Source of the DNA: Armatimonadia bacterium
GTDB taxonomy: Bacteria > Armatimonadota > Zipacnadia > Zipacnadales > UBA11051
Reading direction: 5' to 3'
NCBI GenBank assembly: GCA_039683575.1
Contig: JBDKRC010000243.1
Location: forward strand, 10,955-74,954
Length of the DNA: 64,000 bases
Part shown: positions 38,931 to 48,485 of the stretch, in pieces
Layout: each line of letters starts with the position of its first letter
Position numbering within the stretch: position 1 is the stretch's first letter
Program-made: the position numbers and the translations under genes
Notes under the pieces: generated by a model
The model's input: only the letters and a program-made list of their open reading frames with translations
What the model was told of the DNA's origin: nothing
The model's database searches: none

Positions 38931-39644
38931 CTACTTGCCGCCGCAGCCACAGCCCGCCTTGGCTGCATCCTTGCACTGACCCATCTGCTTGCACTTGCCT
39001 GCGGTCATGCCAGAGCACTGGCTCGCGCCGGTGGACTTGCAGCCGGTGCCACAGGAGCAACCAGCCTTCGCGCCACACTTACACGCCGCGCCACACTTGC
39101 AGTCCGCCGAGCGTACTCCCGGCTTGCACGTGCAGGCAGTACCACAGGCGCAAGCCTTGGCCTTGCCAGGGCACTTGCCTGCCGTCGGGCAGCGGCGGCC
39201 GCCGGGGGCGACGGTGAAGCTGGCGGTCTCCGTACTCCAGAGATTGCGGACACTCACGGAGAGCTTGCCGGCAGCCGGACCATCAAAGGCGTACTTGCCC
39301 GGCCCGACCGGGCGCAGCACTACCTCCTGGCCGTTGAGCTCGGCGTTCACAACATCCGTGCTCGGGCGGCCGCTCTTGGTGGTGACAGTGAGCACTGTGG
39401 TGCCCCGGCGATGGACGGCGCTGATGACGACATCACCTAGCGTGCGGCTAACTGCGGCGCCACCATGGCCCTTCATCTTAGCCGCGTCCATGCCGCAGCC
39501 AGCCTTCATTCCGCAGGCCGCCGGTCCGCTCTTCATCCCGCAAGCGCCGGCGTTACCCCCGCACTTGGCCACGGCGTACACCGTGATCCCAAGCAGCCCC
39601 ACAAGCACCAACAACACAAACAGCGGCGAGTTGAACCTTCTCAT
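38931..39644 (-). CDS. Membrane-anchored cysteine-rich protein with metallothionein-like C-terminal tail
   Basis: RBS GAGGAGG 5 nt upstream. TM helix FVLLVLVGLLGITVYAV. CGMK repeats. About 18 Cys in the last 85 aa: CPTAGKCPGKAKACACGTACTCKPG...CKCGAACKCGAKAGCSCGTGCK...CGCGGK. Confidence 0.55.
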   Translation of the reverse strand: MRRFNSPLFVLLVLVGLLGITVYAVAKCGGNAGACGMKSGPAACGMKAGCGMDAAKMKGHGGAAVSRTLGDVVISAVHRRGTTVLTVTTKSGRPSTDVVNAELNGQEVVLRPVGPGKYAFDGPAAGKLSVSVRNLWSTETASFTVAPGGRRCPTAGKCPGKAKACACGTACTCKPGVRSADCKCGAACKCGAKAGCSCGTGCKSTGASQCSGMTAGKCKQMGQCKDAAKAGCGCGGK

Positions 39645-39815
39645 CTGGACCTCCTCTGTCCCGGCTATGAAACCAGGTTGCATATGGGTAGAAGAACAAC
39701 CAGAGGTACGGCAGTTGTTCCCTGCAAGCACCAGCACGCGAAGCGGGCACGGCCACCGATGTGTCCGGTGGCCGTGCTCATGGGTACGGCTATTCAGTTT
39801 TTCCGCGGTAGCTGA

Positions 39816-40400
39816 TCAGTCTTCTGGCATGCAGATCGGGCAGCTCGTGCTGACCGTGGTCACTCTGCAGTGCGGGCACATCCAGTTCACCATGCGGGGC
39901 TTGTCCCTCAGGGAGCCAGCCCAGAAGTCGAAGGTGACCAGATGTGAGCCGCTGGGCGTCGTGATCCAGGCGAAAACCTTGTTCCAGCCAGGCTCGAAGT
40001 CGGCCTGACCGCAGTAGCGCCCGCTCTCGACCCGCTTCAGCTTGACGTCGTGGCTGCCGCCAGGGCCCTTTACCATCACGTCAAGGCCGGCCGTATTGTC
40101 ATAGTTGCCATAGCCCTTCTCCAGGATGAAGGCAAGCTCGGTCAACTGGCCGGCCGGGTACGGCCGCATCCACATCGTGAGAGACCGATTATTGTCGAAG
40201 AAGTTGTACATCTTGTGCTCGATGATGTTCTGCCCGTCAGCATAGCCGCGCGGACACTCGACAGCCACAACAGTCTCAGTGGGCGTGATCCGCACCCGCT
40301 CCCCGGCCTTCGCCGGCACCGGGCACTGGCGTTGCGCCAGGGCGACTGAACATACCACGAGCAGCACAACAGCGAGCAGCACCTTACGTTCCATTAACAC
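39816..40400 (-). CDS. Secreted hypothetical protein with C-terminal CxxC...CxxC motif
   Basis: Signal peptide MERKVLLAVVLLVVCSVALAQ. C-terminal CPHCRVTTVSTSCPIC. Confidence 0.5.
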   Translation of the reverse strand: MLMERKVLLAVVLLVVCSVALAQRQCPVPAKAGERVRITPTETVVAVECPRGYADGQNIIEHKMYNFFDNNRSLTMWMRPYPAGQLTELAFILEKGYGNYDNTAGLDVMVKGPGGSHDVKLKRVESGRYCGQADFEPGWNKVFAWITTPSGSHLVTFDFWAGSLRDKPRMVNWMCPHCRVTTVSTSCPICMPED

Positions 40401-40529
40401 AGCCTCCTCAACCTTAAGGTTTGACCTAAACGACGTACAGCCGCGACGAGAGGTTCACGTGGTTGCTGACGCGAAAGCGGAGCCGGCATTCGCCGGCTCC
40501 GCAGCAGGAGCAGTCCGAAACGGCCTCTG

Positions 40530-41090
40530 CTACCAGATCTTGAGCTTGAAGGTCGCAGCACTGTAGCCGTACACCGCGATCAGATACCGGCCAGTGCCCC
40601 CGAAGTCGGACGGGTAGAAGGACCCGATATTCGAGTCTCCGGTGCCGATATCATAGCCCACCCAGACGAGGCTCTCATCGCCATAGGTGCGCAGCGGGGA
40701 GAAGATGTACAGGTCAGGGTCGCCACTGCGGGCGTCCATGGCGACGTCAGTAGGATAGTAGTTGCGAGTCAGGTTAACCTCGAACCACTGGGCCCGGCCA
40801 CGGGGGACGGAGCGGGTGCTAGTCCAACTGCCAAACGGGAGCAGTTCGAGCAGTGTGCGGGTGTTGGCCTGGACGTCGGGAGCGCCCTCCTGGAGGAACT
40901 CAGGCATCGTCTTGCCCAGGACCTGCAGGTCAGCCTGAAGCTGTGCCATTGTCGCCGGGGTTGTGATCCTGTTGCCGGACTTCTCCGGTTCGGTACTGGA
41001 GGAGCCGCCAGAGCCGCCACCACAGCCACTGAGCGCCGCGATCAGGCCTGCCATCGCCACAACAACGATTGTCCGGGTATACTTCTTCAT
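40530..41090 (-). CDS. Lipoprotein with pre-peptidase C-terminal (PPC)-like domain
   Basis: RBS AAAGGAG. Lipobox LIAALSGC. C-terminus DPDLYIF...YLIAVYGYSAATFKLKIW. Confidence 0.55.
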   Translation of the reverse strand: MKKYTRTIVVVAMAGLIAALSGCGGGSGGSSSTEPEKSGNRITTPATMAQLQADLQVLGKTMPEFLQEGAPDVQANTRTLLELLPFGSWTSTRSVPRGRAQWFEVNLTRNYYPTDVAMDARSGDPDLYIFSPLRTYGDESLVWVGYDIGTGDSNIGSFYPSDFGGTGRYLIAVYGYSAATFKLKIW

Positions 41091-41265
41091 CGGTACTGCT
41101 CCTTTCATCGCGGGGCGTGGCCACCGCGTGTTGCACTATTGCTGGTAGTAATGCAGGAAGCCAGCTACTTCTTCCCGGTGGCTCGGAAGGAATTCTCAGC
41201 CGCGAAGCGAAGCACACGCCTGCGCAGTTCAAGCCACGGCTGCGAGTTGCACTTAGGGAGACTCG

Positions 41266-42231
41266 ATGGACTACCGACTTGTTACGCATCGTGAAGTGCC
41301 GCGACTGCCTGAGCAGTTGGCCTCGCTCAGCAACCTCGCCTTCGCCGAGTATGAGGGCGCTCCGGAGGTTGACGCCGCGTTCTGTGACTGGTATGGCCGC
41401 AGGCCGGGAAGCAGCCTCGATGTCTGTGTCGGGGCGCTATATGGCGATACGCTTGTGGCGAATGTGCTGGTGGCGATCCAGGAGGTCAATGTCGGCGGCG
41501 AGTTCATCCCGTGCGGCATTGTGGACACGGTGGCGACCCATCCGGAGCACCGCAAGCATGGCCTTGCCCATCGCCTGATGGACATGGCCCACGAGATCAT
41601 GCGCCGGCGCAAGGTCGAGGCCGCGGTGCTGTACACCAACCCGGAGAACCACCCGTACCACTTCTACGGCCGCCTGGGGTACGTCGCACGCGCGCGGGCA
41701 GGGATGCTGACGGGAGAGCGACCAACAGCCCAAGGGGCATACCAGGTGCGGCCGATGGGGGAGGGGGAGGAGGGGACAGTGCGTGACCTCGTGAATGCCC
41801 GCTATAGCCGGTACGAGGGCTTTGCGCGGCTTGATGAGGCGCTGTGGCAGTGGCACCGGGTGGAACGTCCCGCCTCGATGCCCGCGGAAGTGGTGGTGGC
41901 CGAACAGGACGGGCGGATCGTGGGGACGGTGGCACTCGCGGAGGTCGACGTGCTCCTTGCAGGGCAGCGTGAGCGCGTCACGGTGCTCTCCGACGCGGTC
42001 TACCCCGACACGGGCTGTCTGCGCGACATGCTGGCTGCCTCCCGGCAGGCGAAGACAATGGCCCTGCACGGCCTGCTGAACCCCGAGAAAGACGACCTCG
42101 AAGAGCTTGGGTTCGTGACGCAAGTAGGCGAGGTCTCGATGGTCCTGCCCTTCAGCAAGCGGGCACAAGCGCTTTTGCGCGAGCCCCAGGGGCCGTGGTA
42201 TGTGATGGTGGAGTCGGTGGTGGGGGTGTGA
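41266..42231 (+). CDS. GNAT-family N-acetyltransferase
   Basis: Acetyl-CoA binding region VDTVATHPEHRKHGLAHRLM. Confidence 0.6.
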   Translation: MDYRLVTHREVPRLPEQLASLSNLAFAEYEGAPEVDAAFCDWYGRRPGSSLDVCVGALYGDTLVANVLVAIQEVNVGGEFIPCGIVDTVATHPEHRKHGLAHRLMDMAHEIMRRRKVEAAVLYTNPENHPYHFYGRLGYVARARAGMLTGERPTAQGAYQVRPMGEGEEGTVRDLVNARYSRYEGFARLDEALWQWHRVERPASMPAEVVVAEQDGRIVGTVALAEVDVLLAGQRERVTVLSDAVYPDTGCLRDMLAASRQAKTMALHGLLNPEKDDLEELGFVTQVGEVSMVLPFSKRAQALLREPQGPWYVMVESVVGV

Positions 42232-42312
42232 GGCACTCGACCTTTGGGCCATATTCCTGGTATAATGAGTTTCACGCCGCTGCAGTGGCGTTGATTATTC
42301 GAGGTGAAGTGC

Positions 42313-43233
42313 ATGTCCAAGAGCATCATGATCGTCGGCCCGACTGGCAAAATCGGCAAGCATTTGGTGAAGATGCTGGCACAGCAGGGGCACCAGCTAT
42401 CGGGCGTGGCACGGTTTGGGCGGCCGGGGCAGCAGGAGGAACTGGATGAACTGGGCGTGAAGACCTACAAGGCGGATGTGGCGCAGTGGGACGCGCTGGA
42501 AGGCATTCCCGGTGAGTTCGATATCGTCTTCCACATGGCCGGGCTGAAATTTGGTTCGACTAGCAACCCCTCGGCCACGGTCAACATGAACGTCTTTTGC
42601 ACCGGCCGGATCATGGAGCACTTCAAGGACAGCGGCTGCGTGCTGTACTCCTCCAGCGGCAATGTCTATCCCGACACCGCTGACGGCTGCAGCGAAGAAG
42701 ACGCGCCGGGCGCGTCGAGCCTGTATGCCACCACGCGCATGGGCGCCGAGTGGATGGTCGAGTACTTCTCGATCCGCAACAACACCCCCGCCGTTAACCA
42801 GCGCATCTTCTACGGCTACAACACCGAGTTCGGCGTCCCCACGGACATCGCCCGGCAGATCCGCGACGGAGAGGAGATCGACCTGACCACCCCGTTCGTC
42901 AACGTCATCTGGCTCGACGACCTGATGGAGGTCATGTACCGGTCCTGGGAAGTCGCCTCGGTTCCGGCCAAGTACCTCAACCTGACGGGCACAGAGAAGG
43001 TCGCCACCCGCGAGATCGCCGAGAAGCTGGCCAAGTTCATGGGCAAGGAGCCCAAATTCAAGGGCACTCCCAACAAGGTGGCTCTCCTGGGCAAGACCGA
43101 CGAGATGGTCCGCCTGTGGGGAGAGCCCAAGGTGTCGCTGGACGAGGGGCTGCAGCGCGTGGCCGAGTCCGTCATGGCCCGCGAGCACCCCATCGATCAT
43201 CCCACAATGTGGGAAGTCCGGACAGGGTTCTGA
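42313..43233 (+). CDS. NAD-dependent epimerase/dehydratase family (SDR) protein
   Basis: IMIVGPTGKIGKHL Rossmann motif; Y..(x3)K catalytic region. Confidence 0.75.
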   Translation: MSKSIMIVGPTGKIGKHLVKMLAQQGHQLSGVARFGRPGQQEELDELGVKTYKADVAQWDALEGIPGEFDIVFHMAGLKFGSTSNPSATVNMNVFCTGRIMEHFKDSGCVLYSSSGNVYPDTADGCSEEDAPGASSLYATTRMGAEWMVEYFSIRNNTPAVNQRIFYGYNTEFGVPTDIARQIRDGEEIDLTTPFVNVIWLDDLMEVMYRSWEVASVPAKYLNLTGTEKVATREIAEKLAKFMGKEPKFKGTPNKVALLGKTDEMVRLWGEPKVSLDEGLQRVAESVMAREHPIDHPTMWEVRTGF

Positions 43234-43252
43234 GTCTGATCTGACGAAATCC

Positions 43253-43283
43253 AACGGCGGTGACTGCGGTCACCGCCGTTTTG
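43253..43283 (+). terminator. Intrinsic terminator after the SDR gene
   Basis: AACGGCGGTGAC-TGC-GGTCACCGCCGTT followed by TT. Confidence 0.6.
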
Positions 43284-43306
43284 GCATTCCGGGCCAGGAG
43301 ACAGAG

Positions 43307-44539
43307 ATGAAACACCTCGTCGGTCTCGCGCTTTTCGGAATACTGTCGAGCGTCGCTCTGGCCGCTGAACCTCCGCTCCGCCACTCCCAGGAATGGGTGC
43401 GCGAGCGTCTCGGCCAGATGTACGCGATGGATGAGGCATACCTCTACAACGACGTCCTCGGTGGCCGCGCCATCCACCAGAACAGCATGAGCAAGCCCGA
43501 GCCCACCGAGCCGTGGGAGGGCAATTTCCACACCCAACAGCAGTCCTACTACGCGCTGGTGAAGATGGACCTGTACCGCATGGGCGGACGGAAGGAGCCT
43601 CGCTACCTCCAGGAAGCCCACGACCTCCTGGCATGGGTGGTCAGGAATGGCTATGACCCCCAGGGGCCGGGGTTCTACCTCAAGTACTCCACCAAGACGG
43701 GCGAGTGGGAGAAGGGCTTCTACCCCGAGTTCAGCATGATCAACGTGGCGGGGCTGCTGTGCTATTGCCACGAAATGGGCCGGCTAAAGCTCGGCCCCTC
43801 CGAAGAGCTTACGGCCTGGCAGGGGATCGCTAAGAAGGTCCTGGCTCGCATTGCAGCGACCGACAGCTTCGTCCCAGGTCGCCCTAAGGGCCTCTACGGC
43901 AGCGGGTACATCGCGCTGAAGCTGCTGGATTGCTATGACTGCACGGGGGAAGAGCGGTTTCTGAAGCTGGCGCGGCAGGTTGTAGACCTGGCTGACGAGG
44001 CCCTCTGGGACAAGGAATACGGCGGGTGGTTCATTGACGGCATCGCGGGCGGCCCGCTTCCGAAGCACACGACCAAGTTCACCCATATCAACGCCAACAT
44101 GATCCAGGCGTGCCTGCGACTGTATCTGGCGGGACAGGGCGAGCAGTACAAGACGCGCGCGGTCGAGGTGCTGGAGTTCCTGAACAAGTACAGCCGCTCA
44201 CCCGACGGCGGATGGTACCGGCACAACACCCGCGACGGCTCCGATCCGACGAAGCCTCCCGGCATCGGCGATGGCGGCACAACCGATCCGGGCACTCCAT
44301 GCGTCTATGACCGCATGGCGCAGATGATAGTGGCCTGCTGCCTGGCATGGCGCGCGACTGGGGACGGTAAGTATCTGCGGTGGGTGGATGAGACGCTCGA
44401 CAAGATGGAAAAGACTCACCTGACCAAGTACCCGATCGGCGTCAACTACGGCTACACGGGCGCGAATGACTACCAGAATACGTGGTGCCACCTGTGGGGG
44501 CTGAAGGCCCTCATCGAGATGGCCCGGCTGTGGGAGTAG
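43307..44539 (+). CDS. Secreted six-hairpin (alpha/alpha)6 glycosidase/epimerase-like protein (AGE or GH76/GH127-like, unresolved)
   Basis: Signal peptide MKHLVGLALFGILSSVALA; W/Y-rich helical hairpin repeats. Confidence 0.5.
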   Translation: MKHLVGLALFGILSSVALAAEPPLRHSQEWVRERLGQMYAMDEAYLYNDVLGGRAIHQNSMSKPEPTEPWEGNFHTQQQSYYALVKMDLYRMGGRKEPRYLQEAHDLLAWVVRNGYDPQGPGFYLKYSTKTGEWEKGFYPEFSMINVAGLLCYCHEMGRLKLGPSEELTAWQGIAKKVLARIAATDSFVPGRPKGLYGSGYIALKLLDCYDCTGEERFLKLARQVVDLADEALWDKEYGGWFIDGIAGGPLPKHTTKFTHINANMIQACLRLYLAGQGEQYKTRAVEVLEFLNKYSRSPDGGWYRHNTRDGSDPTKPPGIGDGGTTDPGTPCVYDRMAQMIVACCLAWRATGDGKYLRWVDETLDKMEKTHLTKYPIGVNYGYTGANDYQNTWCHLWGLKALIEMARLWE

Positions 44540-44548
44540 GTGTGGAAG

Positions 44549-45229
44549 ATGGCAGAGTCCAAAGCGAAGCGGAAGCAACGGGCGCTGGAGATCGTGAAGC
44601 TGCTGGCAAAGGAGTACCCTGACGCGGAATGCGCGCTGCATCACCGCTCGGCCTTTGAGCTTCTGATTGCCACAATTCTGTCCGCGCAGACCACCGACGA
44701 GAAGGTCAACGAGGTCACAGACGACCTCTTCAAGACCCACAACCGCCCCGAGCACTTCGCCACCGAGGACCCGGCGAAGCTGGAGCAAATCCTGCGCCCC
44801 ACCGGGTTCTTCCGCAACAAGACCAAGTCGGTGATCGGCGCGTCGAAGATGCTCCTGGAGGACTTCGGCGGCGAGGTGCCGCGCACGATGGAGGAGCTGA
44901 TCCGCCTCCCGGGCGTCTCCCGCAAGACCGCCAGCGTGGTCCTCGGCGTCTCTTTCGGTATCGCCGAGGGAGTGGTGGTGGACACTCACGTGGCCCGTAT
45001 CGCGGTACGGCTGGGCCTGACGCCGGTACAGACGACCAAAACGGTTAGCGCCGAGAAGATAGAGAAGGACCTGATGGAGCTTCTGCCGCGCGAGGAGTGG
45101 ATCAGCTTCTCCCACCGGATAATCTGGCACGGCCGCCGCGTCTGCACCGCCCGCAAGCCTCTGCACGACCAGTGCGTACTGGAGCCGCTATGCCCGAAGA
45201 TCGGCACGCCCGAGCAACGACGGCTCTGA
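44549..45229 (+). CDS. nth: Endonuclease III
   Basis: HhH-GPD (LPGVSRKTASVVL), catalytic Lys/Asp context, and C-terminal 4Fe-4S cluster loop CTARKPLHDQCVLEPLC. Confidence 0.9.
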   Translation: MAESKAKRKQRALEIVKLLAKEYPDAECALHHRSAFELLIATILSAQTTDEKVNEVTDDLFKTHNRPEHFATEDPAKLEQILRPTGFFRNKTKSVIGASKMLLEDFGGEVPRTMEELIRLPGVSRKTASVVLGVSFGIAEGVVVDTHVARIAVRLGLTPVQTTKTVSAEKIEKDLMELLPREEWISFSHRIIWHGRRVCTARKPLHDQCVLEPLCPKIGTPEQRRL

Positions 45230-45246
45230 CGAGAGCTGAAGCTGCT

Positions 45247-45341
45247 GGGTCAAAATGGGGACGGAGCCTTCACGACGGTGTTTCGTTGGTGGAACCCATG
45301 ACACGTGCATCGGCGTGAAGGCTCCGTCCCCATTTTGGTCA
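45247..45341. repeat. Inverted repeat (24-bp perfect, 27 with wobble) with 39-nt spacer between convergent genes
   Basis: CAAAATGGGGACGGAGCCTTCACG ... CGTGAAGGCTCCGTCCCCATTTTG, verified. No flanking U-tract. Confidence 0.8.
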
Positions 45342-45365
45342 ACGGGCATCGGCCCCCATCTCAAG

Positions 45366-46370
45366 CTATAACGTCACCCGCCGCCCCTTCTTGTTGCTCT
45401 CAATAACCCCAAACACCATCGCCAGTGACTTGAGGTTGTCATGGCACTCGCCTTGCGGCAGCTTGCCCGTCCGCAGATACTCAAGCATCTCCTTCAGCGC
45501 TCCATGCTGCCCTGGCGCGGGCACATCCGTATCCGCAATGATCGCCTCTCGCAGCGGGAAGTTGAACCCCTCCTGCCCGACGACCACCTGCCCGTGTGGC
45601 TCGGCGTCCTGCTCATACAGGATCGTCCCTCTGTCGCCGATGATCCGCCAGTTGCCGCCCCACGCCGTGTGGCAGCCCTCCGAGCACCAGCTTCCCCGGT
45701 AGCTGAAGATGATGTCATCGGTCATCTCAAAGATGCAACTCGCCGACACGTCGCCCTTGTACCACGAGCCGTAGGGGTTGAATTCCCTGGCATAGACCGC
45801 TACCGGGTCGAACCCCACAAACATCCGCGCCATGTCGAAGTGGTGGATGGACATGTCGAGGATCAGCGGGCTGTCCATCTGGTCGCGGAAGCCGCCGAAG
45901 TGCGCCGCCAGGTAGAAGTCGCAGTTGACCGTCGTGACGCGCCCGATCTCGCCGGAGGCGATGGTGGCCCGCAGCCGCTCGTGCCGCCCATCATACCGCC
46001 GCGACTGGCTGACCATGTACAGCTTGCCGGTCTCCTCCGAAGTCTTCACCATCCGGCGTGCCTCGGTCATGCTCGCGGCCATGGGCTTCTCGCCGATGAC
46101 ATGGCATCCCGCGCGCAGGGCCGTGCATGTGACCGCACAGTGCGTCGCCGGCAGGGTCAGGTCCACCACGAAGTCCGGTCGCGTCTGCTTCAGGGTCTTC
46201 TTAAGGTCAGTGCTGGCCGGACAGTCGAGTTCGAACTCCGCGATGCGTTTCTCGGCGGCCTCAAGCCGCAGGTCCACGACCGCGGCGATCTCCACCGCCT
46301 CCTTCTTCAAAGGCGGAAACCAAGCCCCGGAAATTCCCCCTGCGCCAACAACAACGCAACGTTCAGCCAT
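45366..46370 (-). CDS. Gfo/Idh/MocA-family oxidoreductase
   Basis: MAERCVVVGAGGISGAWF N-terminal Rossmann fold and EKP motif. RBS AGAAGGAG. Confidence 0.8.
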   Translation of the reverse strand: MAERCVVVGAGGISGAWFPPLKKEAVEIAAVVDLRLEAAEKRIAEFELDCPASTDLKKTLKQTRPDFVVDLTLPATHCAVTCTALRAGCHVIGEKPMAASMTEARRMVKTSEETGKLYMVSQSRRYDGRHERLRATIASGEIGRVTTVNCDFYLAAHFGGFRDQMDSPLILDMSIHHFDMARMFVGFDPVAVYAREFNPYGSWYKGDVSASCIFEMTDDIIFSYRGSWCSEGCHTAWGGNWRIIGDRGTILYEQDAEPHGQVVVGQEGFNFPLREAIIADTDVPAPGQHGALKEMLEYLRTGKLPQGECHDNLKSLAMVFGVIESNKKGRRVTL

Positions 46371-46540
46371 GGTGCGCTCCTTCTGCGAAATGAGGAGACA
46401 GCTTCCCTGCGTGTCCCTGGCCTTCCTCCACTCCCCGCTGTCATGCTGAACGAAGTGAAGCATCTTCTTACGGTGCCTGAACCCCTTCATTTCGACACCG
46501 TCGACTCCTGATAGCACAACCGAGCAAGGAGGCACTCAAC

Positions 46541-47287
46541 ATGCCACGAGTGGTTCACTTTGAGATACCGACGGAGAATCCGGAGAAGACCGTTGCCTTC
46601 TATGAGAAGGCCTTCGGCTGGCAGATCAAGAAGTGGGAAGGCCCGCAGGACTACTGGCTGGTCTGCACCGGCAGTGGTGACGAGATGGGCATCAATGGCG
46701 CGATCATGCGCAAGACCGACGCCTATGGCGTGCGCAACACCATTGGAGTCGAAGACCTCGATGAGGCCCTGCGCAAGGTGGAAGAGGGTGGCGGGAAGAT
46801 CATCCTGCCCGCGAGCCCCATCGAAGGCGTCGGCGACTGGGCTCTGTGCGAGGACCCTGACGGCAACTTCTTCGGGCTCATCAAGCCCCATGACTGCGGC
46901 GGCAGGGCCTGCGGTCGTGAGGGCAAAACACCTCGGGTAGTCCATTTCGAGATACCATCGGCCAACCCCGAGCAAGCTGCTGACTTCTACCGGAAGGCCT
47001 TCGGTTGGGAGATCACCAAGTGGGAAGGCCAGATGGAGTACTGGCTGGTGCGTACCGGCCCGAAAGAAGAGATGGGGATTGATGGGGGCATCATGCGCAA
47101 GTCAGACAACTACGGCGTGCGCAATACCATCGCCGTGGATGACATAGATGAGGCCCTGCGCAAGGTTGAGCAGGCCGGCGGCAAGATCGTGATGCCGCGC
47201 AGCACAGTGGAGGGCGTCGGCGAACTGTCCCTCTGCGAGGACCCCGACGGTAACGCCCTCGGCATCATCCAGCCACTGCCAATGTAG
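46541..47287 (+). CDS. Tandem VOC (glyoxalase/bleomycin-resistance fold) domain protein
   Basis: Two homologous halves: VVHFEIPTENPEKTVAFYEKAFGWQIKKWEG... and VVHFEIPSANPEQAADFYRKAFGWEITKWEG.... Confidence 0.8.
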   Translation: MPRVVHFEIPTENPEKTVAFYEKAFGWQIKKWEGPQDYWLVCTGSGDEMGINGAIMRKTDAYGVRNTIGVEDLDEALRKVEEGGGKIILPASPIEGVGDWALCEDPDGNFFGLIKPHDCGGRACGREGKTPRVVHFEIPSANPEQAADFYRKAFGWEITKWEGQMEYWLVRTGPKEEMGIDGGIMRKSDNYGVRNTIAVDDIDEALRKVEQAGGKIVMPRSTVEGVGELSLCEDPDGNALGIIQPLPM

Positions 47288-47316
47288 GCAGCGGAAGGCT
47301 TTCGCGGCCTGACTGT

Positions 47317-47352
47317 GGAACAACCCCCTATCACCCTGAAGGGGGTTGTTCC
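47317..47352 (+). promoter_or_regulatory. 12-bp GC-rich hairpin ending at the start codon of the downstream gene (sequesters the SD)
   Basis: GGAACAACCCCC-(TATCACCCTGAA)-GGGGGTTGTTCC, immediately followed by the ATG at 47353. No U-tract. Confidence 0.45.
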
Positions 47353-48432
47353 ATGGATAAGGTCGGCGTCGGCTTCATTGGCTCAGGCTTCATCGCGGAG
47401 ATCCACGCGGAGGCCTTCCGCTCCGTCCCACAGGCGCAAGTAGTTGCCGTAGCCTCGCCCCAAAATGCCGCCACCTTTGCGGCGAAACACTCCATCCCCA
47501 AACACTTCGCAGACTATCGCGACCTCCTCGCCCTCCCCGAGGTGGACGTGGTCCTGCTCGGCCTGCCCAACGTCCTGCACGCCCAGGCCTGCTGCGACGC
47601 GGCAGCGGCCGGGAAGCACGTGATCTGCGAAAAGCCCCTGTGTGCCAGCCTGCAGGAGGCCGATCAGATGATCGCCGCCTGTCAAAAGGCAGGCGTGCAC
47701 CTCATGTACGCCGAGGAACTCTGCTTCACCCCCAAGTACGTCCGCGCCAAGCAGGTCTGCGACGAGGGCGCGCTGGGTGACCTCTACATGATCAAGCAGT
47801 GCGAGAAGCACGACGGCCCGCACATGCCGTGGTTCTGGGATGTGGAGAAGTCCGGCGGCGGCGTCACCCTCGACATGGGCTGCCACGCCTTCGAGTACTT
47901 CCGCTGGATGCTCGGCAAGCAGAAGGCCGTGAGCGTCTACGCCGACATGGGCACCTTCGTCCACAAGGACAAGACCCGTGGTGACGACAACTCGATCATC
48001 ATCGTCGAGTTCGAAAACGGCTGCCGTGGCGTCGCCGAGGAGAGTTGGGCGAAGCCGGGCGGTATGGACGACATCATCGAGCTATACGGTTCGGAGGGCG
48101 TGATCAAGTGCGACCTCCTCCGCGGCAGCGCCTTCGAGACCTACAGCAAGAAGGGCTACGGCTACGCAGTAGAAAAGGCCGGCAGCACGCAGGGCTGGAG
48201 TTTCACGATGTACGAGGAGATCTGGAACTACGGCTTCGTACACGAGGATCAGCACTTCATCAACTGCGTCCTCGGCCTGGAACAGCCGCTGGAGACGGGC
48301 GAGGACGGCAAAGCAGTGCTGGAGATCATCTTCGCAGCCTACGAAAGTGCAGGGACGGGGCGGAAGGTGGCGCTGCCGTTCATGCCACCAGAGGGCAAGC
48401 GGCCGATTGAGTTGTGGCTGGAGCGTGACTGA
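47353..48432 (+). CDS. Gfo/Idh/MocA-family oxidoreductase
   Basis: VGVGFIGSGFIAEIHA Rossmann motif and EKP motif. Its last approximately 110 bp are repeated twice downstream. Confidence 0.85.
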   Translation: MDKVGVGFIGSGFIAEIHAEAFRSVPQAQVVAVASPQNAATFAAKHSIPKHFADYRDLLALPEVDVVLLGLPNVLHAQACCDAAAAGKHVICEKPLCASLQEADQMIAACQKAGVHLMYAEELCFTPKYVRAKQVCDEGALGDLYMIKQCEKHDGPHMPWFWDVEKSGGGVTLDMGCHAFEYFRWMLGKQKAVSVYADMGTFVHKDKTRGDDNSIIIVEFENGCRGVAEESWAKPGGMDDIIELYGSEGVIKCDLLRGSAFETYSKKGYGYAVEKAGSTQGWSFTMYEEIWNYGFVHEDQHFINCVLGLEQPLETGEDGKAVLEIIFAAYESAGTGRKVALPFMPPEGKRPIELWLERD

Positions 48433-48485
48433 CGGAGAGTACGGTTCCGGCGTGTGCCAACACTGCTTCGAGGGGAAGTGCGACG

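Noticed and set aside
46541-48432. The VOC protein flanked by two Gfo/Idh/MocA genes as a noteworthy system
   Set aside because: This is a common arrangement of small redox and detoxification genes. The internal VOC duplication is the normal two-domain architecture of the family.
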